Shown: positions 40,427 to 50,083, counted from the stretch's first letter. The stretch is 64,000 nt of DNA from Alphaproteobacteria bacterium (GCA_045565315.1 JBJLFO010000001.1:663732-727731), one strand, 5' to 3'. Notes: a model not told the origin generated them from the letters alone. Numbers and translations are program-made.

Positions 40427-41800
40427 ATGGATAAGAAAATACTACTCGGTGGTGCAGCAGCTCTTATTATGGCTGGTGGCGTATATGCTACTCCTGCTTC
40501 TGCAAGCATCGAACTATCTCTTGGCGGTGAAGCGCAAGTGATGGCATCAATGTCAGACACTTGTTTTACAGCTGCAAGTGATACAGATCTAGAAGCTTTC
40601 TTGGAAGCTGCTGATTCAACAGCCGTTACTGATACAGAAGCTGGTATCAACACATACTTAGCTACACTAACAGCAATGTCTCATAATGCTGCTGCTGTAA
40701 CAGCTGCAGATGAAGCAGTTACTGGTGTATGGTATGATGCTTCTGCCACAAACACTGCAACAGGTACAGCAGGTACAGCTACTGGTGACCAAGTCATCAT
40801 CGCTGCAGCAGCTGATGTTGCACGTAACTCTAACGCAGTTTCTTTTGCTGCTGACCCATGTTCAGGCGCAGATCCTGATAACCCAGTTCTTGGTTTCAAA
40901 AAAGAAATCGAATTTGAAGCTGGTGGTACATTAGCAAACGGTCTATCTGTTACTTTCGCAGATAAGATTGATCTAACTGATGTTGCTGGTGAACAAGGTG
41001 CATTCGAATTAGATTTATCTGGTGCATTTGGTTCATTGAAAATCAAAGACGGCGCTTCAGGTGGTGTTGATGCAGTTCTTCTAGACAAGTTCGACATTGA
41101 TGTTGCTGGCGACAACCTTGGTAAATTCAAAACAGAAACAGCTGGTACAGACGGTACTGGTCTTCTGTATGGTGTGCCATCAATGGGTGCAATGGACATT
41201 TATGTTTCATACGCTCCTAACTCAGATGACTCAGGATACGATACTGCTAGTTACACAGACACATTTGGTTTTGGTATGGTATACAACGGTGACATAACAG
41301 TTGCTGCTGGTATTGAATCAGCTTCAGCAAATGCTGCTGCTAATTGTGCAGGTGTTGCTGCTGGCGGACTTGATGCTGCAATTGGAGCTGCTGCTCTAAT
41401 GGATGCTGTTTATGGTGGTGAATCATGTGGTGACCAAACACTAACATATGTTGGTGCAGAGATGGGTGTTTCAGATATGACCATTAAAGCAGGTTACAAC
41501 CTACTAGATACAGATGAAGCAGATACTACAGGTATGGGTCTTGGCCTATCAACAGCTGTAGGTGGTTATGATCTTGAAATCAACTACAGAAACACTGTTA
41601 AAGAATATCTTGTCGGTGGTTTTGAAGATGAGCAAAGCATCATTGGTGTTTCACTTGAAACAGCTCTAGGTGACGGCGTTGACATGAAAGTCCAATTTTC
41701 ACAAAACGATGTTGACCTAGCTTCACAAGCAACTGCATTCGGTGGTAATGATTCTACATCAGACTACTTCGCAGAAGCATCTATGACTGTTGGCTTTTAA
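40427..41800 (+). CDS. Outer-membrane porin-like beta-barrel protein, paralogue 2 (probably highly expressed)
   Basis: ATG at 40427 preceded by AAAGGA. Signal peptide MDKKILLGGAAALIMAGGVYATPASA|S. Ala/Gly/Thr/Asp-rich with a C-terminal MTVGF. Strong bias to GCT/GGT/GTT/ACA codons makes it visibly more GC-rich than its surroundings. Confidence 0.65.
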   Translation: MDKKILLGGAAALIMAGGVYATPASASIELSLGGEAQVMASMSDTCFTAASDTDLEAFLEAADSTAVTDTEAGINTYLATLTAMSHNAAAVTAADEAVTGVWYDASATNTATGTAGTATGDQVIIAAAADVARNSNAVSFAADPCSGADPDNPVLGFKKEIEFEAGGTLANGLSVTFADKIDLTDVAGEQGAFELDLSGAFGSLKIKDGASGGVDAVLLDKFDIDVAGDNLGKFKTETAGTDGTGLLYGVPSMGAMDIYVSYAPNSDDSGYDTASYTDTFGFGMVYNGDITVAAGIESASANAAANCAGVAAGGLDAAIGAAALMDAVYGGESCGDQTLTYVGAEMGVSDMTIKAGYNLLDTDEADTTGMGLGLSTAVGGYDLEINYRNTVKEYLVGGFEDEQSIIGVSLETALGDGVDMKVQFSQNDVDLASQATAFGGNDSTSDYFAEASMTVGF

Positions 41801-41839
41801 TACCTAGTATTATAAAGCTAATAGCTTAATGAATATTGT

Positions 41840-41865
41840 TTACCGGGATAGAAATATCCCGGTAA
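41840..41865 (+). terminator. Stem-loop (9-bp perfect stem) downstream of porin 2
   Basis: TTACCGGGA-tagaaata-TCCCGGTAA followed by CATTATTTTA. Confidence 0.55.
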
Positions 41866-41880
41866 CATTATTTTAAAATA

Positions 41881-41907
41881 AGAGTGGTTTTACCGCTCTT
41901 TTTTTTA
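41881..41907 (+). terminator. Rho-independent terminator downstream of porin 2
   Basis: AGAGTGG-tttta-CCGCTCT (one G-U pair) followed by a T8 run. Confidence 0.7.
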
Positions 41908-41940
41908 TGGATAAATTACAAAATATATTATAATTAACAT

Positions 41941-42633
41941 ATGTATAAAAGATCATCTTTCGAAACGTCACAGATAATTAGTAATTACTACTCAGTTCTA
42001 GAAAAAATTACAGCCGTTTCTGAGAGAATCGGCCGTGATCCTCACACAATAAATCTCGTTGTTGTAACAAAAACATATGATCAGGAGTCGATTCTTCCAC
42101 TATTAGATATTGGGCATAAGAACTTTGGTGAGAATAGAGTGCAAGAAGCTGGTGATAAATGGTCCAGATTATTTACTTCTTATCCCGATACTAAACTTCA
42201 TCTTATAGGCCATCTACAAACAAACAAAACAAAGATTGCACTCCAAATATTTGATAGCATACATACGGTTGATTCTGTAAAACTAATAAACGAAGTTCAA
42301 AAACATATTAGTCATGAGAAAACTAAAACCAAAGAATTTTTCCTTGAAATAAACTTAGGAAATGAGCCTCAGAAAGATGGTATCATTGTAAATGATCTTA
42401 AAGAAATCATGCTTAAATTTAAAAATGGAGTATTTTTTAACTGTGACGGCTATATGTGTATTCCTCCATATAATGAAGAACCAGCTCTCTATTTTGCACT
42501 GTTAAAAAAAATTGCTCTTGACTATAACATTAATAAATTATCAATGGGTATGAGTGCAGATTATACTAAAGCCATAGAATTTGGCGCAACACATGTGAGA
42601 GTAGGGAGCGAGATATTTGGGAAAAGAGTTTAA
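41941..42633 (+). CDS. yggS: PLP-binding protein YggS (UPF0001, alanine-racemase N-terminal fold)
   Basis: VVVTKT with the PLP lysine, FGENRVQE, and the C-terminal LSMGMSADY...G.T.VRVGS.IFG. Confidence 0.85.
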   Translation: MYKRSSFETSQIISNYYSVLEKITAVSERIGRDPHTINLVVVTKTYDQESILPLLDIGHKNFGENRVQEAGDKWSRLFTSYPDTKLHLIGHLQTNKTKIALQIFDSIHTVDSVKLINEVQKHISHEKTKTKEFFLEINLGNEPQKDGIIVNDLKEIMLKFKNGVFFNCDGYMCIPPYNEEPALYFALLKKIALDYNINKLSMGMSADYTKAIEFGATHVRVGSEIFGKRV

Positions 42634-42636
42634 ATA

Positions 42637-43065
42637 ATGAAAATTGATGAAATTACATCTATTTTAGATAAGACCTATAGTTTTGGTGGGCAATCCAAGG
42701 CTCTTCTGAATGTATTAGCTTTCAGTGCACAGAAGTTAGAATTTTCAACTGGGGATCTAATTGTAAAGTCCGATGATAAGACAGCCAAGTGTTTGGTAAT
42801 GCTTAAAGGTCGAGCTTTTATTCAAAAAAAAGAAACGTCTATTGAACTTAGAGCTGGCGATATTATTGGCAATCTCGCTCTGATCAATGATAAGCCAATA
42901 AAGTATGCTATTATAGGGGGATCAAAGGGTGAAGTGTTAATTATTGATAGGGTATTATTTGAAAAGCTAGCCAATGATTTTCCTGAATTTATCACTTTTT
43001 TAAAAGATAAGGTAGCCAAAGATCTTCACAATAAGGTAAGTAATTTATCAATGATTGAACTATAG
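42637..43065 (+). CDS. Stand-alone cyclic-nucleotide-binding-like domain protein (degenerate phosphate-binding cassette)
   Basis: 142 aa with a beta-roll pattern ..F..GD.I...DD......VMLKGRAFI...... and GDIIGNLALINDKPIKYAII in place of the canonical GE(L/I)AL....PRSA. Confidence 0.55.
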   Translation: MKIDEITSILDKTYSFGGQSKALLNVLAFSAQKLEFSTGDLIVKSDDKTAKCLVMLKGRAFIQKKETSIELRAGDIIGNLALINDKPIKYAIIGGSKGEVLIIDRVLFEKLANDFPEFITFLKDKVAKDLHNKVSNLSMIEL

Positions 43066-43083
43066 TATAATAATAAATATGAG

Positions 43084-43884
43084 CTAAATTTCAATTAAGA
43101 CAGGGACGTGGTCTGACGGTCTTGTGAAATCACGAGTATTTGTAAATATTGAATGATCTTTATAATGGTCCACTAAATCTTTCGTAATCCAAATATGGTC
43201 TAGTCTGCGGCCACGATTAGATTTTTTCCAATCACGGTTTCGATAACTCCACCATGAGAATACTTTTTCTTCATCAGCTACATCATATCTCATAATATCT
43301 ATCAATCTATTCTCCTTGATTATACTTGTCAGTTTATTTCTCTCTATATCTGTATGGCTGACAACATTTATTAGTTGTTTATGAGACCAGACATCATTAA
43401 TGTGCGGAGCAATGTTCATATCGCCAACAATAACATGATGTGGATTTTCTTGAAATTGCTCTTTTAAATAAGAATCCATCTCATCTAGGAATTCTAGTTT
43501 ATGTAAGAATTTTGCATTGATATCTGGATCAGGCTCATCACCGCCTGCCGGTACATAAAAATTATGTACCAGTAAATCATTTTTAACTTTTGGATATTTA
43601 AATTTTGCACCAATGTATCTGCAATCATTTTTATTATAAAAATCTTTATTTAGTATTTCAGTAAATTTTAGGCGAGATAAAATAGCTACCCCATTGTAGG
43701 AGGGCTGGCCATTTATAGCAATATACTTATACCCAAGTGATTGAATTTCTCTAATAGGAAAGTTCTTATTATCACATTTTGTTTCTTGTAAGCATATAAC
43801 GTCTGGATCTAATTCATTAATAACTTCACTTAATTGATCTATTCTTATTCTGACACTGTTAATATTCCAAGTTATAATTTTCAC
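43084..43884 (-). CDS. xthA: Exodeoxyribonuclease III
   Basis: MKIITWNINS, CLQETK, and the C-terminal PSDHVPV catalytic His. Confidence 0.93.
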   Translation of the reverse strand: MKIITWNINSVRIRIDQLSEVINELDPDVICLQETKCDNKNFPIREIQSLGYKYIAINGQPSYNGVAILSRLKFTEILNKDFYNKNDCRYIGAKFKYPKVKNDLLVHNFYVPAGGDEPDPDINAKFLHKLEFLDEMDSYLKEQFQENPHHVIVGDMNIAPHINDVWSHKQLINVVSHTDIERNKLTSIIKENRLIDIMRYDVADEEKVFSWWSYRNRDWKKSNRGRRLDHIWITKDLVDHYKDHSIFTNTRDFTRPSDHVPVLIEI

Positions 43885-43906
43885 AAATATTCTCGCCCAA
43901 ATATCA

Positions 43907-44527
43907 CTAATTATTTTTTACAACAAAGAAGTCATGTTCAGCAATGATTCCATGTTCAACATTGGATAGTTTTACATTTGTTTCATACCCTTGCGCATCA
44001 ATAGTATACCACTCATATAATTCTAGGTTGGTATATGACTCATTTATTTCTTCTCTAATATGAAAATGAAGGGTTATTTCACCAATCTCTTCATCTGTTA
44101 AGCCCTCGAGTGATAAGATTAGAAATTTATCATAGAAATCTATACCAAGTATTCTTGCATCTTCTAACAAGTTAACGTTATTCTTGAATATTACGTAATG
44201 AGGTGCTGATCGAATTGGGTACCTATCTAGCGTTTCAAGATCTCTATCTATTATACCGAGCCATACACCATCCGACACCACTAAAAGGGATTCAGGTTTT
44301 GTATAATCAAATCGAAACTTACCTGGTTTCCTTATGTAAAATCGACCTTCAGATATAGAATTATTGGGGTTAATTTGAATGAAATCACCTTCCATATGTT
44401 CAATATTATTTAAGTATTGGCTAACGGAATTAACTGCCTCTAATTGCAGGGGATCTAAGAAGCTTGCATTCAAAGTTGTTATATCGAATTGGAATAATAT
44501 AAATAGTAGTAATAATTTTCTAAGCAT
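43907..44527 (-). CDS. lolA: Outer-membrane lipoprotein carrier LolA-like protein
   Basis: Signal peptide, then the GDFIQ...GRFYIRKPGKFRFDY pattern typical of LolA. Conserved ftsK-lolA adjacency. Confidence 0.7.
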   Translation of the reverse strand: MLRKLLLLFILFQFDITTLNASFLDPLQLEAVNSVSQYLNNIEHMEGDFIQINPNNSISEGRFYIRKPGKFRFDYTKPESLLVVSDGVWLGIIDRDLETLDRYPIRSAPHYVIFKNNVNLLEDARILGIDFYDKFLILSLEGLTDEEIGEITLHFHIREEINESYTNLELYEWYTIDAQGYETNVKLSNVEHGIIAEHDFFVVKNN

Positions 44528-44570
44528 AAGGACTTACATAAGTTAATTTTAGATAATATATTATATATAT

Positions 44571-47021
44571 CTATATATTGTCAAAATCTTGACCATTCAA
44601 CAATATTTCTCTTTTGCCTGAATTTTCTGCCGAAATAATCCCATCTCTTTCCATCTTATCAACGATATCAGCTGCCCTGTTATAGCCAAGTCTCAGTCTT
44701 CTTTGTATATAGCTTGTGGATACCTTTTGATCAGACAATATAAGTTTTATAGCATTTTTATATAATTGGGGATCTATATTATCATCTCTAAGAATATAAT
44801 TAGAGGTATCTTCATCAGGATCTTTGGTTATCTCTTCTAAATACTCCGGTGATCCCTGGGATTTCAGAAAGTTTACAATACTTGAAACTTCATTTTCATC
44901 AACGTAAGCTCCATGTACCCGATTAATTCTAGCCCCATCAGACATGTGAAGCATATCCCCTTTACCCAATAGCTGCTCGGCTCCAGATTCATTTAAAATT
45001 ACTCGGCTATCTATTTTAGAGCTTACTTGAAAGCTTATCCTTGTTGGAAAATTAGCCTTTATTACCCCAGTGATAACATCAGCCGAAGGTCTTTGAGTAG
45101 CCATAATGATATGAATACCAGCCGCTCTTGCCATAGCAGCAAGTCTTGCTACAGAAGTTTCAATATCTTTTCCAGCAACAGCCATTAAGTCTGCCATTTC
45201 ATCAACTATTACAACAATAAAGGGCATTTTTTTTAGGTTTATTTCTTCGTTATGATAATTTGGCTGACCTGTTTTCTCATCATATCCAACTTGGATTTTA
45301 TGCTTAAAAACACCTCCGTGTTTTTTAACTTCATTATTATAACCATCAAGGTTCCTAACACCAATTTTAGACATATTTTTATATCTTTTTTCCATTTCCT
45401 TAATAATCCATTTAAGGGCAACGATAGCTTTTTTTGGCTCTGTTACAACGGGTGTTAAAAGATGAGGTATACCCTCATATATTGAAAGCTCAAGCATTTT
45501 GGGATCAATCATAATCATTTTACAGTCTTCGGGTGTATATTTGTATAGTAGAGATAAAATCATGGTGTTTATTCCAACAGATTTACCAGATCCTGTGGTA
45601 CCCGCTATTAAAAGGTGTGGCATATTTGCAAGGTCAACAACAACCGGTCTCCCACCTATATTTTTTCCAAGAGCAATAGCTAACTTATGCTTCGAATCTA
45701 AAAACTCCTCTGATTTTATGATTTCACTGAGATAGACTGTGCTTCTATCTTCAAGTGGAAGTTCTATTCCAATTATATTTCTTCCTGGGATAACAGCAAC
45801 TCTAGCGGATACAGCTTTCATAGACATAGCTATATCATCAGCTAGACTTACTACCCGAGAAGATTTCGTTCCAATAGATGGCTGTAATTCAAAAAGTGAT
45901 ACGACCGGACCTGGACTAATGCTTACTATTTCGCCCGTAACTTTGTATTTTAATAGTATTTCCATGAGCTCTGACGCCTTTTGCTCGAGCTCTTCCGGGC
46001 TTATTTTATTATTATAATTAATTTCGTTATTATCCTTTAATAAATTTACGGACGGAAGCGAGTAGCTATTTTTTTTGAATAAATCAAGGTTTTCTGAGGC
46101 TGGTTCTCTTACCGCTTTTCTTTTTCTAGGGACTTTTTGGTTTATCTCAAAGTTGTCTGTAGTTGGTTTTGTGTCAATACTCTCTCCAATTATAATATTA
46201 TCTTTAGGTTCTTTATCACTTATGGAGTCTCTAATTTCTTCAAAACTCAAGTCTTCCATCTTATCTCTTGATATTAATCCGGAGATCTTTCTTCTTAAAT
46301 TCTCAATTAGTCTTATCAAATAGTTAAAAAATATTTGGAAAAAATTCCATTTCTGCTTAACTAGACTCTGGCTTTCATGATCAGACTGTAGTAATTTTGT
46401 ATCTTTTTTCTTTTTGAAACGAAGGATAGTTTTATTAAGAAGATAAATTAGTGCAAGTAATAAGGACGTAAGGAAGAATATAAATTTATTTTGGTGATTG
46501 ATAGGTATAAAATCAACATGACCAATAAGTATATTTTTAATAAATTGAACGAGTATATCACCAAATAATCCACCACCACCTATCAAATATGGCCAGTTAA
46601 TTACATTCTTAAATAATCCACTGTTTGTAATATCTATACTAGATAAGAGAATTGTTATTAAAATAAATGATAAAGGATATTTAATGTACTTTGGTAATCC
46701 AAATATTTTCCTTTTCTGTAAGATTAAATCTGCACTTATAAAAATCAGCATTGATATTAAAGCAAATGAGCCTAAACCAATAGCCTGCAGCATTAAGTCA
46801 GATATAACGGCACCTGAAGTACCCAAGAAATTCTGAATCAGTCCATTATTATGATTATTAAAGCTTGGGTCATTTGGGTGCCAAGAAATTAGTGAAATTA
46901 TTAGGTAAATAGCTAACAGAAAAATAAAAATTCCAAATATTCTTTTTGCCTGTCTTTTGATTAATTGTCTCAAGCTAATTGGTGCTATAGATTCAATAAA
47001 ATTTAAGCTAGATAATTTCAT
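44571..47021 (-). CDS. ftsK: DNA translocase FtsK
   Basis: N-terminal multi-TM region, a low-complexity linker, Walker A GTTGSGKS and a C-terminal gamma winged-helix (YIQRRLRLGYNRAA). Confidence 0.95.
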   Translation of the reverse strand: MKLSSLNFIESIAPISLRQLIKRQAKRIFGIFIFLLAIYLIISLISWHPNDPSFNNHNNGLIQNFLGTSGAVISDLMLQAIGLGSFALISMLIFISADLILQKRKIFGLPKYIKYPLSFILITILLSSIDITNSGLFKNVINWPYLIGGGGLFGDILVQFIKNILIGHVDFIPINHQNKFIFFLTSLLLALIYLLNKTILRFKKKKDTKLLQSDHESQSLVKQKWNFFQIFFNYLIRLIENLRRKISGLISRDKMEDLSFEEIRDSISDKEPKDNIIIGESIDTKPTTDNFEINQKVPRKRKAVREPASENLDLFKKNSYSLPSVNLLKDNNEINYNNKISPEELEQKASELMEILLKYKVTGEIVSISPGPVVSLFELQPSIGTKSSRVVSLADDIAMSMKAVSARVAVIPGRNIIGIELPLEDRSTVYLSEIIKSEEFLDSKHKLAIALGKNIGGRPVVVDLANMPHLLIAGTTGSGKSVGINTMILSLLYKYTPEDCKMIMIDPKMLELSIYEGIPHLLTPVVTEPKKAIVALKWIIKEMEKRYKNMSKIGVRNLDGYNNEVKKHGGVFKHKIQVGYDEKTGQPNYHNEEINLKKMPFIVVIVDEMADLMAVAGKDIETSVARLAAMARAAGIHIIMATQRPSADVITGVIKANFPTRISFQVSSKIDSRVILNESGAEQLLGKGDMLHMSDGARINRVHGAYVDENEVSSIVNFLKSQGSPEYLEEITKDPDEDTSNYILRDDNIDPQLYKNAIKLILSDQKVSTSYIQRRLRLGYNRAADIVDKMERDGIISAENSGKREILLNGQDFDNI

Positions 47022-47022
47022 A

Positions 47023-48174
47023 TCAAAAGGCCAATCTATTTAATTTCATTGTAGCTTGATTAATGTCTTCGGTATTTCCAACAAGAGCAATACGGATATA
47101 ATTACTTGAGTTCGATAAGTTTGCACTCTCTATCGATAGATATGAGCCTGGTATCACTTTCATTCCAGATTTCCAAAGTTTTATTGTAATTTCTTCATCA
47201 TTTCCATATTTCGAAATATCCAGCCAGACAAAAAAACCGCCCTCGGGAATTTTGAAATCAAATCCAATATCTATATTTTTATAAAATATATCAAATTTAT
47301 CATTATATAATTTTCTGTTTTCTATCACATGCATTTCATCACCCCATAAATATTCAGAAGCAATCTGGATCGGAATAGGTACTGTTGGGGCTGCAATATT
47401 TCTTAAATTAAATAATTCATTAATCAAATTCTCATTCCCTGCAACGAAACCAGATCTGAGTCCGGGTGCATTAGATCTTTTTGAAAGTGAGTTGAGGGAT
47501 AGAACATTTTCGAAGTTATTTTTTTCAGATATTTGCAAAATACTTTTTGGTGCACTACTTCTATAAATTTCGGAATAACACTCATCTGAAATAATTAGGA
47601 AATTATATTCTACTGCCAGCGAATACAGTTTTAATAAATAATCTTCATCAGCAACCGATCCCTGTGGATTTGTGGGTGAACAAAAAAAGAAGGCGATAGT
47701 TTTTTCAAGTACTGATCTTGGTATCTCATTAAGATTTGGTAGATAATTATCTTCCTTATTCACATTGATCGAGTATATCTCTTTTCCAGTATAATTAGCA
47801 ACCGTTGAATAAACGGGATAAAAAGGATCAGGTAATATAAATATAGATCTATCTTCTTTTATTTTTGTTGCTAAAAGACTTGCATAAAATAATCCTTCAC
47901 GGGAACCAGAAACTGGTAAGATATTATCTCTTGGCTCAATTTTATTAATTTCATACCTTTGTTTTAGCCAATGCGAAATATTTTCTCCAAAATAAGTACT
48001 GGCTTTTGCTGGAGGATATGAAGCATATTTATCAAAGTTATCATTTATTATTTTTTTAATAGATAAAGGGGTAGCATGACGAGGTGATCCTATTGATAAA
48101 TCAATCAAATCCGTGGGCTCAGGATAATCTTTTAGTAGATTTCTTGTTCTCTGGAATGGTGATATAGGTTGCAT
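47023..48174 (-). CDS. Class I/II PLP-dependent aminotransferase
   Basis: PLP-attachment motif SLSKRSNAPGLRSG. About 383 aa. Substrate not assignable. Confidence 0.8.
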   Translation of the reverse strand: MQPISPFQRTRNLLKDYPEPTDLIDLSIGSPRHATPLSIKKIINDNFDKYASYPPAKASTYFGENISHWLKQRYEINKIEPRDNILPVSGSREGLFYASLLATKIKEDRSIFILPDPFYPVYSTVANYTGKEIYSINVNKEDNYLPNLNEIPRSVLEKTIAFFFCSPTNPQGSVADEDYLLKLYSLAVEYNFLIISDECYSEIYRSSAPKSILQISEKNNFENVLSLNSLSKRSNAPGLRSGFVAGNENLINELFNLRNIAAPTVPIPIQIASEYLWGDEMHVIENRKLYNDKFDIFYKNIDIGFDFKIPEGGFFVWLDISKYGNDEEITIKLWKSGMKVIPGSYLSIESANLSNSSNYIRIALVGNTEDINQATMKLNRLAF

Positions 48175-48241
48175 TAAGCCTCATAATAAAAATTCATTAC
48201 TTTTACTATAAGTCAATCAGGTTAAACCTATCTTAATTATC

Positions 48242-48269
48242 AAAAAAAAAGGTGGCAATTAAGCCACCT
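48242..48269 (-). terminator. Rho-independent terminator of glnK-amtB
   Basis: On the minus strand: AGGTGGC-ttaatt-GCCACCT followed by T9, about 30 nt after the amtB stop. Confidence 0.85.
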
Positions 48270-48298
48270 CTTTCTAGGGAGAATATAATCAGAATAAA

Positions 48299-49582
48299 TT
48301 ATTTTGTAAAGTCAGGGTATGCTTCCATACCAAGCTCTGCTTTATCTATTCCAACTTGTTCGGCTTCTTCGCTTACGCGTATACCAATTGTTGATTTTAA
48401 TACAAACCAAACAACGGCACTTATTGCGCTAACAAATAGTCCAATTGATATAACACCTATAAATTGTGTTATTAAACTTGTGTCAGGATTTGACCACGGA
48501 ACTACTAATGTTCCCCAAATACCTGCTAATAGATGTACTGGTATTGCACCAACAACATCATCGATTTTTAACTTATCTAGCATTGGTACTGCAAATACTA
48601 CAATAACTCCACCAATACCACCTATAATTATTGCGGATAATGGGGATGGCATTAGCGGTTCTGCTGTGATAGATACTAATCCTGCAAGAGCACCATTAAG
48701 GCACATTGTTAAGTCTACTTTCTTGTACAGGATTTGTGTTAATATTATAGCAGTAACAACACCTCCAGCTGCAGCTAGATTAGTATTCATGAATATCTTT
48801 GATACAGAAGATGCATCTTCTAGTGATCCTAACGCTAATTGCGAACCACCATTGAAGCCAAACCAACCAAGCCATAAAATGAATGTACCAAGTGTAGCCA
48901 ATGGCATAGAAGACCCTGGCATTGCAGTAACTTTACCATCAACATATCTACCAGCTCTTGCACCCAATATTAATGCACCCATTAGAGCGGCCCAACCTCC
49001 TGTTGAGTGAACGATCGTAGATCCTGCAAAATCACTAAAACCTAATTCTGATAGGAATCCACCGCCCCACTGCCAGGCGCCTTGAATAGGATAAATAACA
49101 CCACAGAGTAGTACAACAAAAATTAAGAATGGAATTAATTTTATTCTTTCAGCTAATGTTCCGGACACTATTGAAGCTGTTGTTGCACAGAAAACCATTT
49201 GAAAGAACCAATCAGATGCTGCTGAATAGTCACCAGCATCAGCCGATGGATCAGGTACACTAAATGCTGTGAAGCTTCCAAAGAAACCTCCATCAACACC
49301 ATCATACATTAAATTGTAGCCTAGGACCCAAAAAGCTATACCTGCAATTGCATAAAGACTAATATTCTTTGTACATTGCATAGCTACACTTTTGGATCTT
49401 ACCATACCGGCTTCCAACATTGCGAATCCAGCTGCCATCCACATGACAAGAAAACCGCCAATCAAAAATAACAGTGTATTAAATACATATACTGTATCTT
49501 CAGCAGCAGCATTTGCTGGCTCGGTCATGGCGTAAGTTACTGAACTAAACCCTATGACCAAAAAAAGTAATTTTTTTAACAT
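48299..49582 (-). CDS. amtB: Ammonium transporter AmtB
   Basis: Signal peptide plus 11 TM segments. Amt signatures include DFAGSTIVH and the twin-His region. Adjacent to glnK. Confidence 0.93.
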   Translation of the reverse strand: MLKKLLFLVIGFSSVTYAMTEPANAAAEDTVYVFNTLLFLIGGFLVMWMAAGFAMLEAGMVRSKSVAMQCTKNISLYAIAGIAFWVLGYNLMYDGVDGGFFGSFTAFSVPDPSADAGDYSAASDWFFQMVFCATTASIVSGTLAERIKLIPFLIFVVLLCGVIYPIQGAWQWGGGFLSELGFSDFAGSTIVHSTGGWAALMGALILGARAGRYVDGKVTAMPGSSMPLATLGTFILWLGWFGFNGGSQLALGSLEDASSVSKIFMNTNLAAAGGVVTAIILTQILYKKVDLTMCLNGALAGLVSITAEPLMPSPLSAIIIGGIGGVIVVFAVPMLDKLKIDDVVGAIPVHLLAGIWGTLVVPWSNPDTSLITQFIGVISIGLFVSAISAVVWFVLKSTIGIRVSEEAEQVGIDKAELGMEAYPDFTK

Positions 49583-49602
49583 TTTTTTCTCCTAATATTA
49601 AT

Positions 49603-49941
49603 TTAAAGGGCTTCAGCGTCTACTTCGCCGGTCCTTATTCTTATTGCGCTTGTTACATCAAAGACAAATATTTTACCGTCACCAACTTTATCTGTTTTTG
49701 CTGACTCAACGATCGCGCTTGTTGCTGAATCAAGAATTTCATCCTTAATAACAATATCTATTTGAATTTTTGGAATGAAATTTACTTCATATTCAGCACC
49801 ACGATAGACCTCTGTATGACCTTTTTGACGACCAAAACCTTTTACTTCAGTAACAGTCATACCTTCAATACCGAGATCAACGAGGGCTTTTCTTACATCA
49901 TCAAGCTTGAATGGCTTAATAATTGCTGTAATTAACTTCAT
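49603..49941 (-). CDS. glnK: Nitrogen regulatory protein P-II (GlnK)
   Basis: 112 aa starting MKLITAIIKPFKLDDV. T-loop GRQKGHTEVYRGAEY carries the uridylylation Tyr. Confidence 0.95.
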   Translation of the reverse strand: MKLITAIIKPFKLDDVRKALVDLGIEGMTVTEVKGFGRQKGHTEVYRGAEYEVNFIPKIQIDIVIKDEILDSATSAIVESAKTDKVGDGKIFVFDVTSAIRIRTGEVDAEAL

Positions 49942-49981
49942 TGAATTTCTCCTTAGTAAATTTTCTTTATAACTCTATAGC

Positions 49982-49997
49982 TGCAAAAAGCGTGCCA
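49982..49997 (-). promoter_or_regulatory. Sigma-54 (-24/-12) promoter of glnK-amtB
   Basis: The minus strand reads TGGCAC-GCTTT-TTGCA, a perfect match to TGGCAC-N5-TTGCW. It lies about 40 nt upstream of the glnK ATG, and AAGGAG sits 8 nt before the start. Confidence 0.8.
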
Positions 49998-50083
49998 AAG
50001 TTGTAGTATATTTATATAACTAATTGAAAAACAAAGAAAAAAAAATTTGTAGTAGTTTTTTAAAAATCTGAAGTATTATAATA

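Noticed and set aside
40681-41199. 172-aa minus-strand ORF, plus other short ORFs (40399-40653, 40710-40934, 41097-41297) inside porin 2
   Set aside because: They are antisense or off-frame shadows produced by the biased GCT/GGT-rich codon usage of the porin gene. None has a start context or motifs.
40427-41800. The GC-rich porin 2 gene as a horizontally acquired island
   Set aside because: The compositional shift is confined to one ORF. It is explained by Ala/Gly-rich content and a narrow preferred-codon set typical of highly expressed genes. A diverged paralogue sits next to it, and there are no flanking repeats, integrase or tRNA.
48252-49010. 252-aa plus-strand ORF in the ORF track
   Set aside because: It lies entirely antisense to amtB, which has clear Amt motifs, a signal peptide and a glnK partner. 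Its translation is low-complexity (P/I/T/A-rich) with no recognisable motif, so it is a shadow ORF.
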